Shown piece by piece: positions 10,640 to 20,547 of a stretch of DNA of 64,000 nucleotides. The stretch comes from an uncultured virus (IMG/VR IMGVR_UViG_3300011258_000929) (taxonomy: Duplodnaviria > Heunggongvirae > Uroviricota > Caudoviricetes). Under the pieces are notes generated by a model, which saw nothing but the letters and a program-made list of their open reading frames with translations, searched no databases and was not told where the DNA came from. The translations under genes were made by a program, and so were the position numbers. Where the stretch lies: IMG/VR virus record IMGVR_UViG_3300011258_000929; one strand, written 5' to 3'. Within the stretch, counting starts at the first letter, position 1; every line of letters begins with the position of its first letter.

Positions 10640-12136
10640 TTATGCACCTAATCCTCTTGAAGAAGTTGTTCTGTTAATTTCTTTGTTAATCATTTGACCC
10701 ACCTTTTGAGCAATTTGTCTTAGTTCGCTATCGGATGCACCAATTCTACCTTGAATATTTACGGTGATATTGTTACCTCCACCACCTGCCATCATTCTCT
10801 TAGATTCTTGATTTGTATGTACTCTTGAGCCATTAGGAAGACGAACCAATTCCGGCCCTCTTTCTCCAACCATTGAAAGACCGCTTTTAGTTACTCCACC
10901 ATTAGCAAATGGATTGATAAGATTGGCAATTGCCATAACTATTGCTGTGACAATACCTGCAACAAAAAGAGGAAGGGCAGTATAAACAATACCTATAGCC
11001 GCTACTATTAAACCTAAAACCATAAAAACATCAGTAATCACATCTACTATTTTTCTAACAGGGTCACGGAAATTCTCATTGAAATAATCAACTACCTTAT
11101 TCTTAACTCCTATAATAGCCAACTTAAGTATTTCTATACCGGCATAGTAGATAGGAACAGCAATAGCCAAAAACAAGTTCCATACTGCTCCAATAAAACC
11201 TCCAATAACCATAATATATCCTTCAATTAAATCTCCAAAAGTTCCATCTCCAAATACATAATCATATATCAAAAGTAAGCCTTCTTTCATTTTAGTAAGG
11301 TTTTCCCACATTTTAATAACATAAATTTTAGCAAACTCATACATACTCACTCCAATTTCTTTTAATTTAGCCCCATCTAATCCTGCCTTTCTAAGTAATT
11401 TGATGAGAACAAATACTCCTGTTATTGCTAATCCGGCAATAATTAAATATTTCATAACGACTAATCCCATAGTCATTAAGACCTTTAATGAACCCATTGC
11501 CATTTTTCCTAAATTAGCACCTTTAGCACTTAAGAAAGCAGTAAACTTTTTCATTTTATCCTGCATTTTATAGAACTTAATAGCCTTACTATTCATTATT
11601 TTTTCTTTAGCACCGGAAAGCCCTCTTTGAACAGGAGACTGATACGACGAATATCTCTTATCTCTAGGGTATTTTATTGCATTTCTTTGTTCTTTTATTA
11701 GGCTTCTAACTTTCGATATTTGTTTTTCGGCCTTATCATAGTCTTCTTTAACTCCCATCAAAAGACTAGACATAAACCCGTCTTTTTTATCCCCTAGGCC
11801 ACTAAGGGGTCTTACAACCGCCCTATCAATAAATGAAAGCATACCATCTAATCGGTTCTTGAAAATAAAGTAACCATTTACACCATACATCATTCTATGA
11901 AAGAAACCTGTCTTCCCTGTAGTTTTTCTTAAAAAACCATCAATAAATTTTCCTAAAAAACTTTCAGTTTTTCCACCTTGTTCTTCGACATCTTTCATGG
12001 ATTCTCCTAAAGAATCCATAGCCTTAGTGGTGGCTTCCACTACAGGTTTAGTAGTTTGCATAACCTTCAATATCTCTTTTTGAACTACAAGCATCCTGCT
12101 CATAGATTTAGACATGTTGATTACTGCGTCAGTCAT
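10640..12136 (-). CDS. Tail tape measure protein (short, 498 aa)
   Basis: Helical/hydrophobic segments, C-terminal FANGG...VGERGPELV motif, follows chaperone pair. Confidence 0.75.
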   Translation of the reverse strand: MTDAVINMSKSMSRMLVVQKEILKVMQTTKPVVEATTKAMDSLGESMKDVEEQGGKTESFLGKFIDGFLRKTTGKTGFFHRMMYGVNGYFIFKNRLDGMLSFIDRAVVRPLSGLGDKKDGFMSSLLMGVKEDYDKAEKQISKVRSLIKEQRNAIKYPRDKRYSSYQSPVQRGLSGAKEKIMNSKAIKFYKMQDKMKKFTAFLSAKGANLGKMAMGSLKVLMTMGLVVMKYLIIAGLAITGVFVLIKLLRKAGLDGAKLKEIGVSMYEFAKIYVIKMWENLTKMKEGLLLIYDYVFGDGTFGDLIEGYIMVIGGFIGAVWNLFLAIAVPIYYAGIEILKLAIIGVKNKVVDYFNENFRDPVRKIVDVITDVFMVLGLIVAAIGIVYTALPLFVAGIVTAIVMAIANLINPFANGGVTKSGLSMVGERGPELVRLPNGSRVHTNQESKRMMAGGGGNNITVNIQGRIGASDSELRQIAQKVGQMINKEINRTTSSRGLGA

Positions 12137-12140
12137 ACAA

Positions 12141-12347
12141 TCACTTCACCTTTTTCACTTCGTTGTTAATGGCTTCGGCTTTAAGTTCTTCTACATTCCT
12201 ATGAATATATAATAAATCCATAACTAAATTTGCGGGCATTTTTAGAATCTCTAGTGGGCTTATTGATAACGCTGATGAAAGTGTATAGGTAATCAAGAGA
12301 GATGCCATAGAAGGGTCATTACTCCTTCCTTTCAAGGCATCCCTCAC
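12141..12347 (-). CDS. Tail assembly chaperone, -1 frameshift (gpT-like) part
   Basis: In the -1 frame of the upstream ORF after A_AAA_AAC; SPLEILKMP resembles chaperone T regions. Confidence 0.65.
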   Translation of the reverse strand: MRDALKGRSNDPSMASLLITYTLSSALSISPLEILKMPANLVMDLLYIHRNVEELKAEAINNEVKKVK

Positions 12348-12709
12348 TCTTCGTTTTTTTCCTCGTTTTCTCCTAGAGCATCCATAGGATTAGGCAGTAT
12401 TTCCTTTAATTGAGAACCAATGTAAGGATTGAGTCGGATTAGTTCGAGAGTAGTAAGGTTTGGTTCTGTACGAACTACAAACTTTTCTACCAAGTAACGA
12501 TACATTTTATTCAAATCAATATCAAAGGTTTGCTTCTTAGAATCAATGTTCATAAGAGAAGTCATGGCTTGTTCTACTTCTAGCCATGTAGGTTCTCTAA
12601 TCCAAACCTTAAGGTATTCATCACTTGTCGGTGACACTTTCAATTCGTGGCACTTCTCTTCATTTAGCGCAAATAGTACGCTCTTGTCTTTTACAATATT
12701 TTTTTCCAT
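12344..12709 (-). CDS. Tail assembly chaperone (gpG-like)
   Basis: Between tail tube and tape measure; ends GAA AAA AAC GAA GAG TGA. Confidence 0.7.
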   Translation of the reverse strand: MEKNIVKDKSVLFALNEEKCHELKVSPTSDEYLKVWIREPTWLEVEQAMTSLMNIDSKKQTFDIDLNKMYRYLVEKFVVRTEPNLTTLELIRLNPYIGSQLKEILPNPMDALGENEEKNEE

Positions 12710-12760
12710 ATTTTATCCACCTTTTTTACCAACAAACAAACAAACGGTGTTGGTGGAGTA

Positions 12761-12874
12761 TTATTCTTCTTCTACGGGTTTCTTTTTAGGGCGACCTCTT
12801 TTCTTAGGCTTGCTTTTTTCAAGCATTTTCTTAGCCATTTTAGCGATTTTTTCTTCTCTAGTTAATAGCCGCAT
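12761..12874 (-). CDS. 37-aa basic peptide with AT-hook-like motif (not in ORF track)
   Basis: MRLLTREEKIAKMAKKMLEKSKPKKRGRPKKKPVEEE; GGTGA SD upstream. Confidence 0.55.
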   Translation of the reverse strand: MRLLTREEKIAKMAKKMLEKSKPKKRGRPKKKPVEEE

Positions 12875-12878
12875 AGTA

Positions 12879-14480
12879 TCACCCTTGAAGAATCCAATGG
12901 GTTTTAGCAGTACAAGTTCCGATGCTTCTAGCCATTATTGTTCCTTCAACCGTAACAGGGCCTTTGTCTTCCGGCATAGGCCAAGAATTACTAGTCAAGA
13001 AATAATTATCGAAAGCCAAATTGATTGCTTCACCATTGCCTTTAGTAAACGATAGTGTAATGTTACTGCCTGTTGTTTCACTAGTATTCAATAGTTCATT
13101 ATACAATTTATCATCAGTAACTAGCGCACTAAATGTCATTTCATATGTTCTTTGGGCGGGTATTGCATCCTTTACTTTTCTACTACCCATACCAACAAAT
13201 CTCTTATCAGTAAGAGTATTATTCATAGTCAAAGTAAAATTAGTGATTTTTAGTAGTTCCTGTCCGAAAATATTGATAGTTCCATCGGAGAAAAAGAAAG
13301 GTTCTCTAAATGAATCAGTAGAAGAATAATTAACAAAAGAAGTTTCATCCTCAACGCCTCTTCTAGCCTCATACGCTTCTGTTTTTCCAAGAGTGTGTAT
13401 GTTTCTACACATAGCGTTCATGCTTATTTTCAATTCCTCGTTTTCATTTGCAGTAAGAGTAAGAGTATTTACTCGTAGTCCTCTAGCAATACGAACAAAA
13501 TTAGTGTCCTCATCAGCATCAGCAGTATTTGTTCTGTAAGGATTGCTAGATGGTAACTTAGAAAACGACTGTTCCAAAGCAAAAGAAGGTAGATTGTCTC
13601 CGTCTTCTTCACCAAAAGTATATGTTATTGCATTGATAATTGACCCATCGGTATGTAGAGCAGGGGCAGTAATTACTTTCATATCGGTTTCGGAATCATG
13701 CCCTCTTACAACAGGAGGAACAATAATATTAGCAGTGCCTCCCTCAGTAAGAGTTCTATAATAAAAAGGCCCGCTATGTTCGGGAGTAACTTCAACAATA
13801 AATGAGTTTGTTGAAGAGGCAATATAATGGGCCGGACTACCTGCTGAATCAGCACTGTAAGTAATAGTAGAGCCATCAGCCGCCAAACCTTCATGGATAT
13901 TTGTAACCTTTCCAAAGAAGTAATACAACCAAGCCGCATGATTGGCGACGACACCAATATCTGCCGCACCTGCTGTTTCAATTCCCTTGTATTGATAGGT
14001 GTAGTTTCTACTACCGCCAACAAATAGATTCTGTTGCTTAGTCTCTACTTCATTATCGGGGAATGTCAATGACTCAACAATGCCCAACCAATTATCAGCA
14101 TTAAGTCTAGCAATAGAACCTGTTTTTGGTGCAGGACATGGCGCACCATATCTCTTAAGTCTAAAGAAATCAGCAGGGGAAGAACCCGTAGCATCAATTG
14201 TTCCTTGTATTTGATTAGAAAAAGTAATAGTATTATGGGTATTAGAAGTAACTCTATGTCTAGAAGTAAAGGTAGCATTGTCGTAATATTCAATAATACA
14301 ACCCACATATAGGTTTTCGACTAGACGAAATCTGTCTGTAAAATTAGTATCAATAGTAACTGTGCTAAAACCCGCTACAGTATTATCAATAGTATTGCTA
14401 TTCGATTCAATGTATAAATCAACTTCCGGTACAAATGTTACCGATGTTCCGCTTCCTAAAAATATGTTATTGTTTGTCAT
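12879..14480 (-). CDS. Major tail tube protein with extra domains
   Basis: LPSFALE...GLRVNTLTL...PFFFSDG...NFTLTMNN tube pattern; position; no sheath gene seen. Confidence 0.7.
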   Translation of the reverse strand: MTNNNIFLGSGTSVTFVPEVDLYIESNSNTIDNTVAGFSTVTIDTNFTDRFRLVENLYVGCIIEYYDNATFTSRHRVTSNTHNTITFSNQIQGTIDATGSSPADFFRLKRYGAPCPAPKTGSIARLNADNWLGIVESLTFPDNEVETKQQNLFVGGSRNYTYQYKGIETAGAADIGVVANHAAWLYYFFGKVTNIHEGLAADGSTITYSADSAGSPAHYIASSTNSFIVEVTPEHSGPFYYRTLTEGGTANIIVPPVVRGHDSETDMKVITAPALHTDGSIINAITYTFGEEDGDNLPSFALEQSFSKLPSSNPYRTNTADADEDTNFVRIARGLRVNTLTLTANENEELKISMNAMCRNIHTLGKTEAYEARRGVEDETSFVNYSSTDSFREPFFFSDGTINIFGQELLKITNFTLTMNNTLTDKRFVGMGSRKVKDAIPAQRTYEMTFSALVTDDKLYNELLNTSETTGSNITLSFTKGNGEAINLAFDNYFLTSNSWPMPEDKGPVTVEGTIMARSIGTCTAKTHWILQG

Positions 14481-14509
14481 GCTAAATCCCTCACCCTTTT
14501 ACTTACTTA

Positions 14510-15031
14510 CTAGGGGATTGTTTGTGCGTATCGTTTTGCTTCTACATTTACTTTATATCCGAATAGTCTTTTATTACGGTCATTTGCTTCACTTCTACTT
14601 CCTAAAAATAGTAAATTAAAACATGTACCGTCGCTCGCTTCATACCCCTTCCGCTTGCTCTCAATTGCGTGACGAACTATCAAGTATAAAGCCCTTAGCC
14701 TATCTTTGCCAAAATTAGCATCTGTAGAACCAACCCCAACTGCTCTTTCATCGTGAATACATCTAATATGCAAAGTAAATGAATAAGTTTCGTTTCTTAC
14801 ATCATACAACATTGTTGGATAATCAACAGTATTACTGTCCTCAAATACAACAATAACATCTTTTGTAGACAAATCGTATCGAACTCCCTTGTTCTTTTCT
14901 AATGAACGAACATCAACAAAGTTTGGTTTTGCCACATGAGAAGAAGAGATGTCTCCCGAACTGACTAGTGAAGTGGCGGAAGTAGACCATTGGTTATCCA
15001 ACAAATCCAAAATTAACGCTACTTCATCCAT
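14510..15031 (-). CDS. Putative tail terminator/completion protein
   Basis: Size and position before tail tube. Confidence 0.4.
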   Translation of the reverse strand: MDEVALILDLLDNQWSTSATSLVSSGDISSSHVAKPNFVDVRSLEKNKGVRYDLSTKDVIVVFEDSNTVDYPTMLYDVRNETYSFTLHIRCIHDERAVGVGSTDANFGKDRLRALYLIVRHAIESKRKGYEASDGTCFNLLFLGSRSEANDRNKRLFGYKVNVEAKRYAQTIP

Positions 15032-15219
15032 GCTGTAACCTCTTTAATTATTATCTGTTCATAGTATTTAGCCATGTCTTCTTCTATGCTTTGTATCAAT
15101 TCTTCTTCGGAAAAAGAAACATCAATTCCTAGTATCTCCGAAACTCTTTGCATCTCTAAGTTTCTTTCAGTATGTTTATCAATAACATCTTGGAGTTTTT
15201 TCTTAGCATTTTCAAACAT
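15019..15219 (-). CDS. Small hypothetical neck-region protein
   Basis: ORF coupled to both neighbours. Confidence 0.4.
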   Translation of the reverse strand: MFENAKKKLQDVIDKHTERNLEMQRVSEILGIDVSFSEEELIQSIEEDMAKYYEQIIIKEVTAWMK

Positions 15220-15220
15220 A

Positions 15221-16342
15221 TCAATCCAACATATAAACTAAATCCTTCTTACCATCAATAAGTTCCATTGCTTCTTTCTTAAGTATGTCATACTTTTCTT
15301 TAGTGCTAATATTTGCACCTGTTTCAGCAATTAGAATTGTTTGGTCGTCATGTCTAATCAACTCCGCCGCTACTAATTTAGTAGTGGCTTCATGCACAGT
15401 AGAAGGAACTCTACCGTCTCCGGCAACATAAGAAACAATTACCGAATTTTTGTTATGATAAGGATATTTCTTGTTGAAGAATATTCTACCGTCATCTCCT
15501 ATCATCCAAAAATCTCCTAGTCTTTTCATATCCTGCTTATCTGTAAATGAAACTGCAACGGTATTTGAGGTAGTCCCTGCTTTGTCAGCAATAGAAATAG
15601 TACAATCCGAACCATCTTCACCGGCCAATAAACTTGAAATGTTTACTTTTGTCCCGTCTTGTTCATCTACGCTAGCATAGAAAAAATCCGATATTGATAT
15701 TGAAGAGTCTGCTTCGGAGTTTTTAAACTTAGAGATGGTAGCACCAGTAAATTGAGAAGTTTTAGAAGGAAACTCTTCATTGATTAGATGGCAAATTTCT
15801 TGAGCAGTAGTCTTAGCACCTAGCGAATTGTTGAAAGTGTTATTAGAACTAGTACCCGATTCACCAGTATAATACAAAATCCAACTAGAACCACTATTAG
15901 GCAGTTGTAAAGTAATACTTCGCAGGTTGTTATAAGAAGAAGAATCCAAAGAAATACTCGCTTGTGCCGATGCTAGTTCTCTATAGGTGTTTCCTTCCCA
16001 TACTTTTAGACTGACTATTTTACGAACCTTCATTTGAGCCAATTGAACAAAACCAACATACCCGCCATAATATGAATGTATTGGATGCCTTGAGAAATCA
16101 AAATCCTTAAACTCATTTTTCCAAATAATCGGCCTATAAGAACGATTTATTTTTTCATCAACCATTCCTTCTATTCTTTTTATGATAGAACCGACTTGAG
16201 CCGCCGAAGGATAAGTTGATGAAGTAAAGGCAGGTACTTGTAATAAATCCGAAACTGCCCCTATATCTGTATAGAAGCCATATCCGGTAGTATAGTTTGG
16301 ACTAATGGTAGTATAGTCACTAGGGGAGGATGCTACAGGCAT
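15221..16342 (-). CDS. Head-tail adaptor-like protein with insertion
   Basis: N-terminal YTDIGAV and C-terminal VSYVAG...VPSTVHEATTKLVA adaptor pattern. Confidence 0.6.
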   Translation of the reverse strand: MPVASSPSDYTTISPNYTTGYGFYTDIGAVSDLLQVPAFTSSTYPSAAQVGSIIKRIEGMVDEKINRSYRPIIWKNEFKDFDFSRHPIHSYYGGYVGFVQLAQMKVRKIVSLKVWEGNTYRELASAQASISLDSSSYNNLRSITLQLPNSGSSWILYYTGESGTSSNNTFNNSLGAKTTAQEICHLINEEFPSKTSQFTGATISKFKNSEADSSISISDFFYASVDEQDGTKVNISSLLAGEDGSDCTISIADKAGTTSNTVAVSFTDKQDMKRLGDFWMIGDDGRIFFNKKYPYHNKNSVIVSYVAGDGRVPSTVHEATTKLVAAELIRHDDQTILIAETGANISTKEKYDILKKEAMELIDGKKDLVYMLD

Positions 16343-17652
16343 TAAATGTCATCCCCCAAAGAATCTATTGCTCGCCTCAATCTGTTTTTTCTTCGATTTA
16401 GAGATATGAAAAACTCTTGTGCTTCCTGTTTAAGTTTACCATCATTAGAATAATAAAGCGTATTTCCTTCAGAATCCTTTTTAGGATTTCCAAAAGTTAA
16501 GTGAGGTGGCAATGGATAGTTTATTGTTTGTATTCCTTCTTTTCGGCTTTTTTTACCGTACAATGTGGATGGACTGTCTTCATCCTTATCTCCTTCCAAT
16601 AGTGGCTTATCTGTCAAATGTAGTTGTTTTTGTTCTATTTGTAGAACCGGCTCTATGATTGCAGTTGCATTAGTATAGTCATCATTAAATGATTTAGCGT
16701 TCTTAGGTATCTCCAAAGTAAGGTTTTGAGCATTCAATATATCTCCCAAAGAATCTCTATAGAGATTTATAAAAAACAGTTTTACATCATTATCTGTCCC
16801 TATTTTTCTAGCAGTGCCTTTTCCTCTTTGTCTTGGTAAGTCTCTTGGGTCATAGAATGATTTCATATCATCCAAGGCAAAAGAATTAGGAATATACCTT
16901 TTGTCACTATCTAAAATACTAGACCAACCTTTGTTGTTTTCTGCCTCTAATATAAACAAATTCTTATCAGCCCCCATAGAAAACGAAGGGTCGCCATAAA
17001 TATCATCAATTACTATTTGACCCTTTCTAGTTTCTTTTTTAGACCCACCTAGCCTCAACATGGTAATTCCTGCCTCTTTTAATAATGCCATTTTAACATT
17101 TATTAGATTACACCTAATAACAATACTAGTATTTGTGTCTATAACTTCTATGTTGTCAGCAATACCTTTGAACAGTTTTCGTTCCAAGTTTTTTTCTTCC
17201 CTATCATATAGTTCTTCAAACTCTTCCATATCAACTTCGGAGATTTTAGACTTCCCCGAAACACTTAATATTTCGGGAGATAGGTTTGAAAGACCCGAAA
17301 GTTCACTGATTAGTTGAGAGTTGTCTAATTCATCAATGGAGACATTAACCTTCTCTAAATCAATAATTTCTTTTTTACCCGCTTTGGGGAGTTGTAGGTT
17401 TTTCTTTTTAACATACATATTGCTAGAAACCAATTCCGATATTTTCATTTTTATTATTGCAAGAAACTTTTCATCTAATGCAGTATAAAATTCCTCTATA
17501 TTTGTTTGTTCTATATCTGTCCTTCCGATAAGAGATACTAAGTTCCTTTCACCATCATAGTATTCTCCAAAAAGGTATTCAGCAATATATCTATCACCGA
17601 CATTTTGAAAATTAATGGTATCGTAACCACCAAGTCGTATTTCTATTGACAA
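16342..17652 (-). CDS. Hypothetical protein
   Basis: 436-aa ORF, GAGGTG SD, TTG start. Confidence 0.5.
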   Translation of the reverse strand: MSIEIRLGGYDTINFQNVGDRYIAEYLFGEYYDGERNLVSLIGRTDIEQTNIEEFYTALDEKFLAIIKMKISELVSSNMYVKKKNLQLPKAGKKEIIDLEKVNVSIDELDNSQLISELSGLSNLSPEILSVSGKSKISEVDMEEFEELYDREEKNLERKLFKGIADNIEVIDTNTSIVIRCNLINVKMALLKEAGITMLRLGGSKKETRKGQIVIDDIYGDPSFSMGADKNLFILEAENNKGWSSILDSDKRYIPNSFALDDMKSFYDPRDLPRQRGKGTARKIGTDNDVKLFFINLYRDSLGDILNAQNLTLEIPKNAKSFNDDYTNATAIIEPVLQIEQKQLHLTDKPLLEGDKDEDSPSTLYGKKSRKEGIQTINYPLPPHLTFGNPKKDSEGNTLYYSNDGKLKQEAQEFFISLNRRKNRLRRAIDSLGDDI

Positions 17653-17663
17653 TGTGAATCACC

Positions 17664-18314
17664 TCACATTAACCATTTGCCCCAAGCCGCTAATTTCTGT
17701 GCTTTTTGAGCCAAGTGTAGTCCACTTTGCGGAGGTTCATATGTCATTTGTCCTGTTTGTTGGTCTATCCAATATGGCCTACCGTAATTGTCTTGACCGC
17801 TAGGGGGTATAGGATAGCCACTATTGTTATTCATGGCTAGACCTGTTGCGCCATATGCCCCTCCTTGTTGAATTGCTTGACCCTGCATTGGCATTTGTCC
17901 CGTTGCTTGCGGCGAACTAAAGCCTTGAGATTCCAAATATTGTTGTTTCGCCATTTTTCTTTGGGCAATAACTTCTGTATTTATTGCCGCATTTAGAATA
18001 TTAGTCATGTCCGAATTTATGTTTTCTTGAGTAATAGTGTTTAATGAGTTTTTACAGTCGCCACTAATTTTTATGTTTCCGGTAGTAGAGTCTTGAACGA
18101 ACTCCAAATTAGAAAGCATTTTACTTACTACTCTTTCAGTGACATCTTCCATTAGTTTTTCCATCGTTGAAAGGAATTGTTCCCCATGATATTGAAAGAA
18201 CTCCTCTACATGGTTTTCTTGTAGAGATAAAAGGTTGTTCATTGATTTAAAATTAGTGTCATTCTGTGCTTGAACTGCACCCATAACTGCTTTATTGCTT
18301 GTTCCAAATACCAT
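17664..18314 (-). CDS. Gln-rich helical protein with WW-like C-terminal segment
   Basis: PPSGQDNYGRPYWIDQQTGQMTYEPP. Confidence 0.45.
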   Translation of the reverse strand: MVFGTSNKAVMGAVQAQNDTNFKSMNNLLSLQENHVEEFFQYHGEQFLSTMEKLMEDVTERVVSKMLSNLEFVQDSTTGNIKISGDCKNSLNTITQENINSDMTNILNAAINTEVIAQRKMAKQQYLESQGFSSPQATGQMPMQGQAIQQGGAYGATGLAMNNNSGYPIPPSGQDNYGRPYWIDQQTGQMTYEPPQSGLHLAQKAQKLAAWGKWLM

Positions 18315-18318
18315 AATA

Positions 18319-18945
18319 TCATTCTCCTTTTTCTATGAGCGTGTTCATTCGTTCACTAGCCAACCTTATTTCGATAGATAACCTTACTACTTCTTCGAGT
18401 GTTGTTTCTTCTCCTTTTACATTAGGTGGTTTTATTTGCCATCCAACTCCAATAAGCGAAACAACATCAGCCTTTGATAGAGTGGTGAGCGCACCCTTAG
18501 ATAAAACTTGGGGCATTCTAGGCTTAGGAATAAACGCCTTAAAGTCCAATCCATGTTCGTCAGCAAGTATTTGTTGTTGTAGCATTTCTAATTGTTTATG
18601 ATGAGTTGCATGTTTAGGGCAGTATGTTCCTCTCATTGGCCTTCCTTTAGTAACATGACTAAGAGGAATAGGTGGCCGCATATAATCTCCATTTTCCCAA
18701 ATGTGGTGTGCGCCACATACAATACATCTGTCTTTTAGATTAAACTTCCAACCGTATTTAATAAAAAGGAAACTTTTCTTTTCCGCAGTTAATACTCTAG
18801 ACATTTCTTTTAGTTTCTTCTTTGGTTTTATCTCTTTAAATGTATATTCATCTATTGGCCCTGCGGCTCTAGCCTGTGCTAGTGGTGGTAAAAAAGCCAC
18901 CCCAACTGATGAGTTTGCGCCTATTAGTGTCGGTTGTTGAAACAT
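18319..18945 (-). CDS. Zn-finger protein
   Basis: CIVC...YCPKH. Confidence 0.5.
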   Translation of the reverse strand: MFQQPTLIGANSSVGVAFLPPLAQARAAGPIDEYTFKEIKPKKKLKEMSRVLTAEKKSFLFIKYGWKFNLKDRCIVCGAHHIWENGDYMRPPIPLSHVTKGRPMRGTYCPKHATHHKQLEMLQQQILADEHGLDFKAFIPKPRMPQVLSKGALTTLSKADVVSLIGVGWQIKPPNVKGEETTLEEVVRLSIEIRLASERMNTLIEKGE

Positions 18946-18947
18946 AT

Positions 18948-19610
18948 TTAATACTCCTTAATCATCGTCATTACGCCTTTATAGACCATTTCCGGTTGAG
19001 ATTTAGCCGATACAATGTATTTGAAAGTTGGTATTCCTTTATCATTTAGTCTTTGCATTCCATATTTAAAGGGTTCATAAATTGAATGTTTTGTCATGTC
19101 GTCGCCTTCTTTGTATTTTTCACCCCAAATATCAAACTTATTAGCCCAAATACTAATGGCTAAAGGATATTCGGAGTTCTTCTTTTTTTTACCATCATCC
19201 CATCTATCGTTACAAACGCAATCTACCAAATACTTCCATGCTAATTGGTGGTCTAAATTAGCAGGAGAATCTAAATGTCTATGGTCTATTACAAAAATAA
19301 TATATTTTACTTTTCTAATTCTAATGTCTTTCACCCATTCCTTCCAATAGATTGCTTCTCCTCCAATATCAGCAGTCTTAAGTGTATGAGTTTCACCGTC
19401 TAGTTTCACTGTCTTTCTAGTTGCTCTTTCTTTACCAACGGTTCTTTGTTTTATTTCGGGAACTTCTCCCTTGGTTCTAAGTTGGTGATGTAAAGTTGTT
19501 TTACCGACCATTGTTGCCCCATAAATACCAAAATTAATAGCGTGTATTCTTTTGTAAAATGCGACAGTGGCCTCAATAACAACGACTGCGAAACCTGCTA
19601 GAACAGACAA
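18948..19610 (-). CDS. Small Ras-superfamily (Arf/Sar-like) GTPase
   Basis: G1 GATMVGKTT, G2 RTVG, G3 DIGGE, IIFVID, G4 NKFD, G5 SAK; hydrophobic N-terminal helix. Confidence 0.85.
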   Translation of the reverse strand: MSVLAGFAVVVIEATVAFYKRIHAINFGIYGATMVGKTTLHHQLRTKGEVPEIKQRTVGKERATRKTVKLDGETHTLKTADIGGEAIYWKEWVKDIRIRKVKYIIFVIDHRHLDSPANLDHQLAWKYLVDCVCNDRWDDGKKKKNSEYPLAISIWANKFDIWGEKYKEGDDMTKHSIYEPFKYGMQRLNDKGIPTFKYIVSAKSQPEMVYKGVMTMIKEY

Positions 19611-19832
19611 TCAATGACCCCCCAATATTGACTTAGTACCTTCAATAAGCCATCCCATAATATTAATGTCAAAAACACCCATAATATTACCAATAAGTAG
19701 TGCTGATAGTGTCGCACAACTTCCCCAAAACCACATTCTCATTTTAATAAAAAACATGTCTGCCGAATGCGCCCTACTTTGGTTGTATGCGTAGTCGGAT
19801 TCGGAAAAACCCATTATGTCTCCTAAGACCAT
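19611..19832 (-). CDS. Small membrane protein
   Basis: Hydrophobic WFWGSCATLSALLIGNIMGVF segment; GAGGTG SD. Confidence 0.6.
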   Translation of the reverse strand: MVLGDIMGFSESDYAYNQSRAHSADMFFIKMRMWFWGSCATLSALLIGNIMGVFDINIMGWLIEGTKSILGGH

Positions 19833-19841
19833 TTAACCACC

Positions 19842-20238
19842 TCATTGAAGGGTGGCTAAGAAGTCAGCACTTACTGTATCGTTATCATAAGAAGTGGCTA
19901 GAGGTATTCTTGTAGTTTGATTTTCTTTTTGAAAGTTTTTAAGAGATTCCTGCATTTTAGACCTTTGCTGTTCGTCTTTAGCAATTCTTTCCCAGTATGA
20001 CTTGATTCTTCTATCCAGTAGCCACATTTCTATTTTGTCATTTAAGGCCAAATCAAATAGTGCTTTCATAACCATAACCGCACCAACAGTAATCAAACCA
20101 AATAATATTCCGTGCATTAGGATAGTATAAGGAAAGTTCAATCCGAACTTTGCATAAGCCCAAACATTAGCACCGCTAATTGTACCAACAAAAAGAATAG
20201 TCATTATCAACCTTGTATCGTGATTAAGAGCAGGAATA
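19842..20238 (-). CDS. Two-TM membrane protein with C-terminal coiled coil (start uncertain)
   Basis: Two hydrophobic segments; SD followed by ATT rather than ATG. Confidence 0.55.
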
Positions 20239-20247
20239 ATAACCACC

Positions 20248-20547
20248 TCAATTGAACTCAACTGATACATGAGCCGTTGAAGACCCTGCTTCTGTGACTT
20301 CTAGAAACAGTCCACCTGTTGCTAGAACACCGTGCATGTCGTATTCTATATTGTATTGACCGTTAGTTGTATTATGTATTCTAGCCAATTCTGTTCCAGT
20401 ATTATCAGTTCCATCAAATACCTTGATTGTAACTGCGTCATGACCGGCAATAACAATATTAGCATGAATGCTCTTAAGCCTACATTGAGTCCTAGAAACG
20501 ATTGCACTAGCACCTAATACTCCACTACTTCTGCTTACATCTGCCAT
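20248..20547 (-). CDS. Small beta-rich putative virion protein
   Basis: Composition; position downstream of capsid genes. Confidence 0.4.
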   Translation of the reverse strand: MADVSRSSGVLGASAIVSRTQCRLKSIHANIVIAGHDAVTIKVFDGTDNTGTELARIHNTTNGQYNIEYDMHGVLATGGLFLEVTEAGSSTAHVSVEFN

